This document shows positions 38,515 through 51,608 of a DNA stretch of 64,000 bases, piece by piece. The notes beneath the pieces are model-generated. The model saw nothing but the letters and a program-made list of their open reading frames with translations. It ran no database searches and was not told where the DNA came from. Location of the stretch: contig NC_091470.1 of the NCBI RefSeq assembly GCF_036971445.1, positions 153,016,001-153,080,000 of the forward strand, given 5' to 3'. A program made the position numbers and the translations under genes. This DNA is from Narcine bancroftii. Its lineage: Eukaryota. Numbering within the stretch: the first letter of the stretch is position 1; each line of letters begins with the position of its first letter.

Positions 38515-39470
38515 CCAAAGTCTGCAGATGCTGGAATCTAGAGCAAATCTCACCTGGATCCATGATCGCCCCATCTACTCTGCCATTTCCACCACCTACT
38601 ACACTATCCCACCACCAGACATTCTGCAGGGACAACTCCTTCCATGACTCCTTTGTCCACTCCTTCCACCCCACCAATCATACTCTTGGGACTTAACCCT
38701 GTGAGTGCAGGAGATGCTCCAGTGCCCACACCTCCTCCCTCACCACCATTTGGGGTCCCAAACAGTTCTTCCAAGTGAAGCACTTGAGAATCTGCAGGGA
38801 TCAGCTACAGCATCCAGTGATTCCATTGTGGTGTCCTCTACGTCAGAGAGACTGGGCCCAAACTGGGAGATTGCTTTGTTGAGCACCTCGGCTCTGTCTG
38901 CTGAAATAGCAGGGATCTCCCAATGGCCACCCATTTTAATTCCCCATCCCATTCCTTTGATGATGATCTGCCAGACTGAGAACACCCACAAATTGGAGGA
39001 ACGACACCCATCTGGGCACCCTCCAGCCGTAAGGTATTAACATAAACTTTTCTGGTTTCTGTTAATCCCTCCCCCCTTCCCCTTTTCCTTCAGCTCTTTT
39101 TTTCTTCCCTTTTCCCTCTGTTTCCACAGAGTCAAAATAAATTATCACCTTTCCTCTCTTCATGTTGAATTCACACCTTTTGGCTGTTGGTCTGGACTCC
39201 GCTCTCTCCCATTCCTCAATCTTTATCCAGATGCCTTCCTGTTATTTGCTTATACCTTGAGGAGAAGGGCTCCGACTGAAACATCGGTAATATATCTTTA
39301 CCTTCTATGGATGCTGCAAGATCGACTGAGTTCCTCCAGCAGTTACTGTGTGTTTTAACCACACTCACAGATTCTGCAGACTTTCATGTTTCACTCCCTT
39401 CTCAGAAGCACCCTGATCTGCCACATTCTTCCAGCAGTTTGGTTTTTCTTTTACTTGTTCCTGGATTTGA
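38515..39470 (+). mobile_element. Penelope-like element 3' part (GIY-YIG remnant and pLTR)
   Basis: Degenerate C..CGVLYVRETG..LGDCFVEHL motif near 38820-38890; pLTR with gaagggctccgactgaaacatcgg. Confidence 0.75.
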
Positions 39471-39855
39471 CTTAACCGAGTAACCTTGGTTCTTTTCCGA
39501 TGGACAAATTATCCTTGCAGCAATGAACCTGTCAAGACCTCTCAGAATCTTGCATTCTTTGATAAGACCACCTCTCATCCTTTGGAGAAGATAAGGCCCA
39601 AAGTTCTCATTCTTTCCAAAGATTGATTTGATTGATTGCAATACAAAAATATTATCTCTTCAATAGAGAGACTAAAATTGTATCCAGTGCTTGAACTGTT
39701 GTCGTCAAAGCTGTGCACAATTTACTTTTGAAATTTTACCTTGTACTTATAAGAACAATTATACTCTAACCCTATTGGGGGTGGGGGAAGCAAGCTTTTT
39801 GTTTGCTTTCTTAGTTTTTTTCTGTACCAGTGTGCTAACTTTGTGTTCTTTGTAT

Positions 39856-40728
39856 TACTATGAGCTCCCGTTTTAGTGAGATAGGATTATCACTTTAAGG
39901 GATAGTATAAAGAGGATAGTCTGAAAGTTCACAGTTAACATTTAACATTTCACACAAGCACAACACAAGTCACAGCCCAGCGATAATTTGGTACATTGGA
40001 AGAACTGAGGGGAGGCTTGTCGCAGTCTGTTCCAGAATTCAATACATTTGCAAAGACACTGTGATTTTTCAGAGGAGAACCATGCTGACGGCTGGAGAGA
40101 AAGCAGCTTTTTGATGCAGCTCTTGTGGTGGCTTCAGAGCAAAGCATGTTCTGTGAATCCTTTTCAGTAGATTGACCTGTGCCAAGAGCAAAGTGCTTCA
40201 ATTTGATTGTGACGAACAGTGGAGGTCACTTGGAGAGACAGCTTCATTTTAAGCGTGTTTCGCAGTGACATTTCTTGGAGAGACCAGTGCCAAGGTCTTG
40301 GAAGCTTTGTGGAGGGTGTCCAGTTCGGGTCTTGCCTACAAAAGGACGAGGAGTGCTGTGACCAAAGCTCGTATGGATGGACATTTCTTCAAAGGCAACA
40401 CAAGAAGAATTTGTGAGTCTGTAGCAGCGACAACTCCAGTCTTCATCAGTTCAACATTAATTTCAAAGATCTACGCTTTGACACTGAATTTAAAANNNNN
40501 NNNNNNNNNNNNNNNNNNNNNNNNNNNNNNNNNNNNNNNNNNNNNNNNNNNNNNNNNNNNNNNNNNNNNNNNNNNNNNNNNNNNNNNNNNNNNNNNNNNN
40601 NNNNNNNNNNNNNNNNNNNNNNNNNNNNNNNNNNNNNNNNNNNNAGTAAGAAATAAAATTAGGGTTTTAAAATTAAACACTTATCTGGTTCATTGTTTTT
40701 TGCTGCTTGTTACACGTGGTTCTTAACA
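39856..40728 (+). mobile_element. Solo LTR spanning the assembly gap
   Basis: 4-bp TSD GTAT at 39852-39855 and 40729-40732; ends ...cttaaca; AATAAA near 3' end; inverted homolog at 52717-53456. Confidence 0.7.
40496..40644. other. Assembly gap (N run)
   Basis: Ns. Confidence 1.
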
Positions 40729-40759
40729 GTATAGAAACACATTTTGGTGAAAATCAGCA

Positions 40760-41030
40760 TTGGTCACAGTCAGAATTTATTGTCATGAACATGTCAGAAA
40801 ATTCATTGTTTTGCAACAGTAGCACATTTATATAAATACATTAAAAAAATAGTGCAAAGAAAAAGACAAAGTAAGGCAGTGTCTGTGGTTCAGGAATGTG
40901 ATGGCAGCAGGGAAGAAGTTGTCCTTGTGTTGCTGAGAGCTCGTCTTCAGGCTCCTGTACCTTTTTCCCCGATGGCAGCAGAGTGAAGAGAGATTGGCCT
41001 GAGTGGTGGGGGTCCTTGAGGAAAGAGGTT
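40760..41030 (-). mobile_element. Rex1/Babar-type LINE 3' end
   Basis: LKDPHHSGQSLFTLLPSGK motif; catgacaataaattctgact tail. Confidence 0.72.
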
Positions 41031-41989
41031 ATCACACAGTTTGCATAATTAGTTTTACTATTTCTACTAAAATGGTTAATTTTGGATTGAATTATTTTCT
41101 TGCTTTCCTCCCTGTTTTTGTATCAAGAAACGTGAACATCATACATTAAACCCCTTTGCCTGTTTATAATACAGATTGGTTATCTCTGAGGCTCTCTACA
41201 CTTTGACTCGGCAACCTGAAAATGGCCCTGTATCTCTATTCACTGTTAACTGTGACTTAACCACTTTTATATCTAATACATTATTTTCAGTACCTTGTGT
41301 ATTTATGGAGTCATCTATTATGCAGCACCGAGTTAATTACCATTTGGAATTTCTAATACACTGCATGCATTAGTTCCCCTTTAACCAATCTGCTAGTAGA
41401 AAGTCAGTTATGTCCTGATATGATTTTCCTTTAAAATGGGCTCCCATCATTTTTTTGAATTTTTTCATCCATGTAATTATAATTGTACAGTCAATACTTA
41501 ATTCCATTTAAAAGATAGAATGATTACATGAATTAACCCCTCCCCTCCCTCTTACCCTCCCCCCCCAACTACTATAAAAGATTATAACAATAGATACAAT
41601 ATATGGTTATATTAAAAAAAGTAAAGAGAGAGAAAAGTGAAAATAAAAAATAATATCAATCTGATTTGCACAAAGGGTTGGCTCACACACTTGAATTTTA
41701 CAGTATTTTTGGGGAATTCTGGGGAAAAAGATTATTACAGGTCTTAAGAGGCTGGAAGTACTCCCATCATTTTCATTGGGCTATTTTATAATCTGCAAGG
41801 GGCCTATTCAAAATCAAGGGAACACTAGGACTCAAATCATAAATTGTCTTTCATGATCTGGTAGTTCCAACGTGCTTTATAGCCAATGCAGTTCTTCTGA
41901 AGTCCATTTGTAGGACATGTGGCAGCCATTCTGCACAAGTAATTTCATTGTGACATCCACTAGAGAATTTAGTTGAGTATGAAGCTAAT

Positions 41990-42185
41990 TGACAGACGTC
42001 AAGGAAAATAGAAGTACTCAGCAGGCCAGGCAGCATCTATGAGGAGAGAAGCAGAGTTAATGCTCTGGGTCAATAACCTCTCATTGGGCTAGCAATCTCC
42101 CTTTACAGATGGACCTGATCAACTGAATGTTTTAAGAATTCTATTTTTATTTCACATTTTCAGCATCTAGAGTATTTTGCTTTTA
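41990..42185. mobile_element. Palindromic Penelope-derived short element inside a Deu-domain SINE
   Basis: actcagcaggccaggcagcatctatg ... ttttcagcatctagagtattttgc. Confidence 0.55.
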
Positions 42186-42884
42186 GATCAGTACAACTTC
42201 AACTCCTCAAATTATTGCCAAGGGACCTGTTATATCCACTTGAAATAAGGCTCCGGTGTTGGTTTACTGTCTCATGCAAAAGCGGGCTGGTCTAACAGCT
42301 TGTAAAAGAACCTTGTATGCAAGTTTACCAACAACAGGAAGATAGATGGCATTGTGAACAGTTACATGCAAATGTTACATTTCAAAGATATACATTTACA
42401 TTAAACCAACTAATGGATTTCATTTCAAGTGGCTGAGAATTCATCCAATTTATGGATTAAAGGGGATTGATCAAAATGCTTTATAAATGGTCAAAAACTA
42501 GAAATTAGGACAACGAAAAAGTTACTGAAAATTGTGAATTGTTAGGTAGTCAGCAAAAGATGAGAGCTAAATCTACATACTCATCTTTGTCCCATCCAAA
42601 GCTTGCTGCTCTGAGTCCGTCTTCCAATTGCTTGATGTCCAAGATGTCCATCAGGTGGGTGAAATTAGCAAGAGGATGTCTTGCCCAAGTTAACACGAGG
42701 CTAAGATATAATGAGTCCATTGCAATGTTGGAGGTTCAGAGCTGTGGGTCTGTCCTGAGGTGAGAATGAGCACAACCAAGAATGATATCTTGATACAAAT
42801 GGCTAGAAGTTACAATTCTACATATGGCTGCTTCGGTTTGAATAGTCTGTGAAACACTTCGCTATTTATACATATCCTTAGAAG

Positions 42885-43155
42885 TTCACATTGAAATCTG
42901 AGACCACACTTGGAGCACTGTTTGCAATTCCGTCTCCTTTCTTGAGAAAGGATGTACTGGGTTGGAGGCAGTGCAGAGGAGGTTCAGCAGGTTGATTCTG
43001 CAAGGACTATACTCATGGTAGTTTAGAAGGTTGGAGGGGGTGAGATCTCACAGAAAGTTGAAATTATGAAAGGAGCACATAGATAAACAGAGTTGTTTTC
43101 ATTTGCAGGCAAGACTAGAACATGGGAGCGTAGACTCTAGGGGAGTAGATTTTGG
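42885..43155 (+). mobile_element. CR1 3' fragment
   Basis: agaccacacttggagcactgtttgcaattc (RPHLEHCLQF); gtgcagaggaggttc. Confidence 0.7.
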
Positions 43156-43302
43156 ATGGAGTCCCTCTGGCTTCCCTTTGCTCAGGATTCCATCCTCGGC
43201 CGTTACTTGTGCACCTCAGTTGAACAGTTCTTGGAAATGGTTTAAATCTAACCAATGCAGGAACAGCTATAAAAATAAGCATTTTTCCATTCTTGAATCT
43301 GA

Positions 43303-43512
43303 TTAAATTTAAATTTAGACATAGAGCACAATAACAGGCCCTTTCGGCCCACGAGCCTGTGCTGCCCAATTAGACCCAATTGACCTACAACCCCCCCCCC
43401 ATTATGTTTCGAACGATGGGAGAAAGCCCACGCAGACCAGGGGAGAATGTACATACTCCTTACAGACAGTGCCAAATTTGAACCCCGGTCCCAACTGCCA
43501 CTGCGCCGCCCC
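43303..43512 (-). mobile_element. V-SINE/HE1-like SINE
   Basis: taaatttaaatttagacatagagcacaataacaggcc...gagaatgtacatactccttacagac. Confidence 0.8.
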
Positions 43513-43927
43513 GAGTTCAAAAGGTGTGGGCGAAACAGTTATCATCATGTTCAATCAGAATTTCAGAGTATAGATCCATTGCCGGTGCTAACCTTCCCTT
43601 CACCACAGAAGCCAATTGATTTACTGCAGCTATAAAGAAATCACTGTGCAAACAGGATCTAATAAAGGCTTGCTTGCTCTAACAACATCTGAACTACATT
43701 GTTTAGGTGTATTTCAGAGCTACCTGAGTCACTGGCCGAGCCGTTCCAAAACACTGCAACATTGGATCCTATCCCACATGTGGAAATGTGTTCAGTCCTT
43801 TCAATAATTAAAAACAGGGCAAATCAGTCCAGCAAGTTCATATCCAACCTGTCTTAACAGTACAGTGATGAAAAGTGCCTTTGAACATGCTACTGCATGA
43901 CACTTGCATGTCAATGACCTCTTAGTT

Positions 43928-44026
43928 CAGTGGTTCTCAATTCTGCTCACTTTAAGTAATCCTTTACTAACTGCACAGCATCTATGGATTACTTAAAGTA
44001 GAGGAAAAAAAAGTTGAGAACCACCG
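43928..44026. mobile_element. hAT (Charlie-like) MITE with perfect 8-bp TSD
   Basis: TSD tcttagtt at 43920-43927 and 44027-44034; TIRs cagtggttctcaa / ttgagaaccaccg. Confidence 0.85.
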
Positions 44027-44904
44027 TCTTAGTTGATGTTCATTTTGTGATGGGGAAGGCAATTCTGTTCCAAACATCATTACAGTTCTGGTTCAAATGT
44101 TGGAAAAAGGAACAAATTTCAAAGAGGTGATAATGTTTCATCCTTGACATCCAAACGGCATCAAGGAGGGCTGCCCGTCATGAAAATCCCCGCATTGGCT
44201 GGGTCAAGCTAGCTGAGAGGAAGGGGCCACGAATCACGTTCAGATGCTTTATCAACTGTGCAGCTTTCTATAATTGTTATTGGAACACCCCCCCTCTGCT
44301 AACATTTTGGTTTGTAATCGTTGACCAGATACTTAACTTCACTAGGTCCACAAATACTGTGACATTACCAGCAGCTCAGAGATGTAAGGTGGTTATGTCT
44401 TGACTTCTCAAAGCCCTTCCACTGGCATGAAGTGCAAGTCAGGAATATGATGAAAAATCTTGTGCCTTCCCTAGTCAAGTGCAGTAGTGGGCATAACAGT
44501 ACCCAGGACACAGCAGCCCACTTGATTGGGTTCCAGCAACCACTCCAAACATTTATTCTCCCCACCATTGGCTCCCTGTGAATGACACATATACGGTTTG
44601 CAAAATCTGCTGCAGTGACTTGGCATGGATCCTTTAACAGTTCTGTGACTTCTCCTATCAAATGGAAAAGATTAGCTGGTATATGGAAACAACATTTGCT
44701 TTCCAAGTCACACACTACTCTGACTTGGAAATAGATTGCTGTTCTTTTATTGATTCATGGTAAAAGTACTGAATAAAATCTACCCAACACCACGAATACC
44801 TTCATCAAGTCAGAGTTTTACATTCCTGAAACCGGCCTTTCAGCCCACCTTATCCATGCTGACCAAGTTGCTCACCCAAGCCAGTCCCATTTGGCAGCAT
44901 TTGT

Positions 44905-45315
44905 CAAGTTTATTGTTATCTGATTGTTCAAGTACAACTAAACGAAATTGTGTTCTCTGGTCCTTGGTGCAAAACATGCAGATACACAATCAGACATAAC
45001 GCACATACAGATAGACAATACATATGTAGCACAAGTATTCATATATGCAAATAAATATTATTTAGTAAATATGAGAGTCTTGAGTAGTTCCTTTGTCATC
45101 AGCATTCTCACTGCCCATGGGAAGAAGCTGTTCCTCCACCTGGTGGTGCTGGCTCTGATCTTCCTGCCTCTCGTACCTGACGGGAACAGCTGAAAGGTGA
45201 TGTATGTAGGGTGGAATGAGAGAACGATCCCAGTAGATTACATCAATTGTGGGGAGGTAGACCCCAGTGATCCTCTCTGCCACTCTTGTGGTCATGTGGA
45301 TTGACCTCTGATCCA
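44905..45315 (-). mobile_element. Rex1/Babar-type LINE 3' end nested in a CR1 3' end
   Basis: RVAERITGVYLPTID motif; gataacaataaacttgac tail; minus-strand CR1 sequence on both sides (44830-44900, 45315-45550). Confidence 0.65.
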
Positions 45316-48300
45316 TTTGAAAGGGCCCATATCCCTCTATCCATGTACCAAGCTAAATGTATTTTAAAAATTAAAATATTACCCGTCTCTCCCATTCCTT
45401 CTGCCAGCATGTTCCACTTACCCACCATCATCTGTGTGAAAAAAGGTGCCCCTCAGTTGCCTTTTGGATCTTGTGCCTTTCACTTGAATCTATGTCCTCT
45501 CATTTTATATTCCCTACCCCAGCTAAAAGATTATGACTATTTACCATTGAGATAATAGCAGTTCAAGAAGATGATTCTCCATAATTTCTTGAGGTTAATT
45601 GGAGATGGGTAATAAATTCTGTCCTTGCCCATGACACCTGCATCTCATTGGGAAGAATATTTTGGGTCACTACGCAGAATTAAGTTTTTAAAAACTTTTT
45701 TCAATGTTCTGTCTTTTATCAGGTTCAGGATACTTGACTAAGATCTTAATGATAACTGTAAAAGCTTCACATGCTGGAAATTTGAAACAAAAAAGGATTC
45801 TGTGGATACTTGCATGGTCAGGCAGCATCTATGGAGATAGAAAGAGTTATTGCTTTGGATTGATGAACAATCATGAGTTATCTGTTTTGAGTGTGACCAA
45901 ATATTAAGGGAGGGTATTTCAGACCTCAAGAGTTTTGGCAACTGAATGCGAGGCCGTCAGTGATGAGCCAAAGGGAAAGAGAGTTCTCTCAGTTGTATTA
46001 TGCAAGGTGTGAATCTTTTTATTCCAAGCCCTCCCTCCACCATCCATCCACACCCCCCCCCACCCCCAATTGCTGCTTCACCAACTTCAGCTATGCTCCC
46101 ATCCACCTTGGCTCAGCCCATCTCCTCATATTCTCCCTCCCAACACTGCGAAACGTACAGGGCATCGGGAATGAAGCATGGGTGTGTGATTATTTGACCA
46201 GTTCTACTTTCCAATTCATTTCATAATTGATTGGGCCCATCATTTTTAAATTCCTGTAGAAGTTTACCGTGGCAGTTCCAATTCTGGCTTATTGTTTGTT
46301 CTTGTCTTCAGCAACCTTGCAAACTCTTTGTCTTCTGAACTAATCTTCCTGGAAACACTTAGCAGGTCAGGCTGATGAAGGGTTCTTGACCTGAAATATA
46401 AATTCTTGAAGCAATCTGACTTGCTGTTGCTTCCAATAGTAAAAGTGATACAATTGCCGGTGCTGAAAATCTGAAATAAAATCAGAAAAAAACCCTCGAA
46501 ATCTGCACACATTCTGACAAAGGGTCTCAACCCTAGAATGTAAATTTATCCTGACCATGGATGAGGCAGAGGACAGACGAGTCATTGTAAGAATGGTTGG
46601 GGTGCGGGTGGGGGAGGAGTTAAAACAGTTGACTGGAGAAAGTTCAGGTTTAGTCGGTGTCCAATGAAGCAGTTGCCAAATCCGCTCTCGGTCTCACCAA
46701 TATAGAGGAGGACACACCGAATGCCGTAGCTCTGTCTCACCTGGAAGTCTGTTTGTGGCCCTGGATTCTTCCATTGTCAGGGTGAGGCCAAACATAAACG
46801 TGAGGAACAGTGCATCATATTAGCCTTAAACCTAATAGTCTGTACATTTATCTCCTCCCCTTCTTCACCTGCCTCTCCACCTGTCGCACCTTATCTGGGA
46901 GGACTCTTTTGCTTCTTTTTTTCTGGGCGTAAGGGACAATGGGAAATATCTGCTGATAGGAAATCTTTGCCTGTCTTACGGTAGTCTAAAAGAAATTTTG
47001 TGTAACATCATGTTTCCTGTTTTATTATACGACAATAAAATAATCTTGGATCTTGCATTGAGTTTCTCCAGCAATTCTTTGTCTGCTCCAGAACTAGAGC
47101 AATTGGTCTCAGGGCAAGGCTGGGATGAAGAGCCATTTCTTTCCTCGAGAGTTGTTGATGTTTGGGATTCACCCTTCCAGCTTTTCTGGTAGCTCAGTTG
47201 TTGAGTGTATTCAGGAACCCAATCAATAATTTATTGGGTGCAAGGAGAATCTGAGGATGGGATTGGATAGCACTGGATCAGCCTTGACTTGCATGAATGT
47301 TTGGAAAGATTTGAAGGGCTCTAAGGTCTACTCCCATTTCTTATGTTATACTGTTTCCAAATGATAATTTCCTGATTGGACAATATTTGCTCGCTGGTGG
47401 TGTTGAATGATTCCACTCTGACTCGACTGCTTCCACCCAGAGGGACCAGAATTGATACCTGCACAAACAGGGTGAATGTTTATCACACGCGAATCTTGAA
47501 AATATCAGAGAGTGAAGGTGAAGATCGCTCTCACCTGCCTTGCAGCATTGGCCAATACTACCTGAATCTCTGAGCACATTAATCATCTAAAATAACGGAC
47601 TTCGGTGCCTAGGGAAAGCTTGCACTGTTTCTTAATTCAATCTGGCTGGATAGTTATCCTAAAAAGCAATCCATGCTGACATCTTGCTCTATCCTTGCCT
47701 TTGTTGGCTGTCCTCTACAAATGTTGAAAGATTCTATGTAAATCTAACATTTCCTCGCTTATTTATAGATGACTGCCAATTGTCTGTCTTTCTGTCTCTC
47801 TCGTTTCTGTCTTCACCTCTTCTCCTCCTCTTCCAGCCATTTCCCTTATGTCTTTTTCCTGTTTCCCAAATCTCTACCTGGCTTCCGTCCAAATTCCAGG
47901 TGGACGATCTCAGTCTTTATGCTGTTGGGGCTGGCCAATACGAGTTGGATGATGGTCCTGTGCAGCCTGACATAGTCATTCCAGTTGGTCACATTAATCA
48001 TCATGTCTATACCCCACTTCCATGGTGCCGACATCTGGCATTTCCACTTTCAGTACACAGATATTGAATGAATAGTGACCAGGGACATAAAATCCATAAT
48101 GATTGAAACATACTCTTCTCTCACCATTTATCCAAGATGTGCACAAAATTTTAAAAGTTCTTATGTATACAAATAAATTGAGATCACGTGACTGAGGATA
48201 GTGCACACTGCTCCTTTTTATTTACTGATTAATACAGGTAGCCACATCTGGAGTCCAGCTTGGCCACCTTTGGTTAATTAATATTGGGCAGCACTGAAGA

Positions 48301-48415
48301 TAAAGCATTGCGGGGGAAATCCAGCAGCATTACTAGAAATGGCCATTTGGAGGGATTACTGGATGACGTTTTTTCAAAAGGTTTACTTTCTGAAAATAAA
48401 TTTGGGGATTACGAT

Positions 48416-48700
48416 AGACAACTTCATACTGAACACAAGTATCATTTCAGATTTGTCGTATCACGTAGGAAGTTGAAGAAACATGAAATGATCTTTTGTT
48501 GAATTTAGCATGTTTAATCGCCTAACGATGCTGACACATTGCATTAGTTCAACTGGCCTAAAAATATTTTATCGCCAATTTTTGATTGTACTCAGCATCT
48601 GATGCCTCTCGGGTCAGTGTTCAACAATAGTCGGCCAGCATTGATGGATTCCAGTTGCCCTGATACTGCTTTTCCATGGTCACAATGTTCTGGTGAACAT
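48416..48700 (-). mobile_element. DNA transposon 3' end with transposase C-terminal remnant
   Basis: Minus strand reads FTRTL/HQNIVTMEKQYQGNWNPSMLADYC*TLTRE, matching the ERFHQD..MEKRYQG.W...MLADYCW transposase family (superfamily uncertain); related ends at 9188-9295 and 56265-56352 (inverted). Confidence 0.65.
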
Positions 48701-48712
48701 TATAACAATATA

Positions 48713-51608
48713 ATTTTTTATTTTTCACACTGTGAACCATATCAACCAAAATATATACAAACGTTTCTCACTAAATATACACAGTGGCATTTTCTCCCTT
48801 TTTTCCCCCCCTACACTCCCTCCCCCCTTCCCACCCTCCTCCAAAACCAATAAATATTCAACATATACAATACAGTAAAACCATAAAACAATGTCTTCAC
48901 ACAATGAAAAATAAACAAGAAAAATGCGTCATCTGTTTTTACACTCTGAATCAAATTGTTTTGTCTTATCAATTTAGGGGGTGGAGGTCCGAGGCAAGCT
49001 CTCTCTGTTATGTTCCATGTATGGTTCCCAAATTTGTTCAAATAATGCGACTTTATTTTTTAAATTATATGTTATTTTTTCCAATGGAATACATTTATTC
49101 ATTTCCATGTACTATTGCTGTATTCTCAGGCTCTCTTCCATTTTATAAGTTGACATTATACAGTTTTTTGCTACAGCTAAGGCTATCATAATGAATCTTT
49201 TTTGCACTTTATCCAATTTGAGGCCTAATTCATTACTTCTTATGTTATTTAAAAGAAAGATCTCTGGATTTTTTGGTAAGTTATTTTTTGTGTTTTTGTT
49301 TAATATCTGATTTAGTTCTTCCCAAACATTTTCAATTTCGTACATGCCCAAATTGCATGTACTGTTGTTCCCATTTCCTTCTTACAGCAAAAACATCTAT
49401 CTGATAATGTTGGATCCCATTCTTTTGATTTTTGAGGAGTGATATATAACCTGTGTAACCAATTATACTGTATCATGCGTAACCTTGTGTTTATTGTTAA
49501 CTAATATGGCTACACCTCTAGCTTTTGAATTATATGATGCTGCCGCTACGTATCCTACCAAGTCTCTCTTTAATTTATGTTCCACTTCAGTTAGATGCGT
49601 TTCCTGCACAATTGCTCTATCTATTTTTTTTTTCAGTAAATTTAATGGCCTCTTCCTTTTAATTTGGTTATGTATTCCATTAATGTTTATAGTCATATAG
49701 TTCAACATGGCCATCTTATATCTTATTTACACCCCATTTCTGCTTCCTCACCACCTCCATCCACCTTTTTCCCATTTTCATCTCTCAGTTTTCCCTTTTT
49801 AAACTCAATGTATGGCAACACATTTAAAATATAAAATACTCCAACAATTCCCACACCCAATATTACCTTAACCCCAAATGCCTCTCCCCCTCTCTGAGTT
49901 GCCCCTTATCCCTTGTCGGGCAACCACAACTCCCCTTTCCATTTGGGTTGCAATCTTGCTCACAAGTGTCAACTGATTTCGCAGTGATGGTTATTCTCTC
50001 CCCCCAAACCCCCCCAGAAAACACTTTTTTTTACACATTTAACAAAGCTCTCCCTTTTTTTCCCCTTACTTCCTTCCTTCCCCTCTCTTTTCCCTCTTTA
50101 GTTATTTATATATACATCTTTATATCTATTTTATCACCTTTCTTCATTCTTATGACATCTCTTCATCTCTTCTTCTGTCCTGCAAACGCTCTGCGAATTC
50201 TTGTGCTTCCTCCGGATCCGAGAACAGTCTGTTTTGCGCCCCAGCATGGCTGGATGTTTTACATGAATTTATAACCTTTTTTCCATAGAATCGATTTTGC
50301 TATATTAAACTCTTTCCTCTTCTTTAAGAGTTCAAAACTTGTGTATGGGTAAAAAAATATTTTTTGACCCTTGTATTCCAATAGTTTATTATCTTCTCTA
50401 ATTTTATTCCTTGTCGTATATCTCAAAAATTTTACTAAGATGGAACTTGGTTTTTGATATGTCTGTGTGCCCTTTCTATTTCCATTCCTTCCTGCATTTC
50501 TGTCATCCCAAGACCTTTGGGATCCATCCTTTTATAAATTCCTTCATGTCTGTGCCTTCTTCACCCTCCTTCAGGCCCACTATTTTTATGTGGTTTCACT
50601 TACTATTTTCCAATGTATCAATTTTCTGAGGTAACAACTCTTGTGTCTCTTTAATTTTTTTAATCACTTTCTCCCAATTTTCCTCAAGTCATTTACTTCC
50701 ATTTCTACAGCCGTTTCTCGTTCTTCCACATTTTCCCTATTTCTGTCATGACCCGTTCTAATCTTTGCATTTTTTCTTCTGTTCTTTTCATTTTTCTTTT
50801 AATTGCACTAAATTCTAATGACAACCATTCTTTTACTGCTCTCATTTGTTCTTCAAAAAAGGCTTTATCTATATTCTGTCCATCTGTTTTACCTTCTATT
50901 TCTCTGTGAAGATCTTGGTCTTCTTCCTCTTCTTCTGTATCTGTACCTGTGTTTGTGTCTTCTTTTCTGATTCTCCTGATGAGTTGCTTGTATCACTTTG
51001 TCGAGCCTCTTCTTGCTGGACCTCTTGTTGTTGATCCTCCCCTCCTGGGCTGCTCATCTGTCAGGCCTCCTGCTGCTGCTCCTCTTGCCGTTCACTCCGT
51101 CGACTTTCTTCCTCACTCCCTCTCCTGCCGCCTTCCTCATCTTCCAGCTGAGAGCCCTGGTGTCGGGCATCCCTCCCTCAGCCGGTCGCGCTATGGTTGC
51201 CCGCTCCTTGGCTGAGCCCCCCTCCCATCGGTGTTTCCTTTTACCTTTGATTGCGCACTTTTGTTTGGCTCAGAGAGCCACTTTTGCAGTTCACTGGTCG
51301 GGGGGGCGGGGGGGGGTCGCGACTCCGCGGGGCCGGCACCAACCTTGGAGATCGGGCTCTCTCGCCACCACGGCTCCCTGTTCCTTCGTGCAGGTAAGGC
51401 CTTCTTTCTTTTCTGGTGACTTTTCTTCTTTTATCCCCCGTTGTTTTTACTTTTTCCTTTTTGGGTGCCATCTTTCTCTTCTCTGCAACTTTATCTTTTA
51501 TTTCTTATATTTTATATTTGTTAAGCTTTGTCTTTTCTTGACTTTTTTTCTTTATTTCTGGAGAGGGCGGGATTTACCCGACCGGCCACTACTCTATCAC
51601 GTGACTCC
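48713..51608 (-). mobile_element. L1-clade LINE with both ends but most of ORF2 deleted
   Basis: 5' end gagtcacgtgatagag; ORF1 remnants (MAPKKEK..., IKIVGLKEGEEGTDMKEFIKGWIPKVLG..EIERAH); ORF2 start MAMLNYMTININGIHNQIKRK..QETHL..SKARGVAILV fused to C-terminal RLRMIQYNWLHRLYITP..DRCF.C..HAIWAC; 3' UTR with A-rich tail. Confidence 0.88.
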
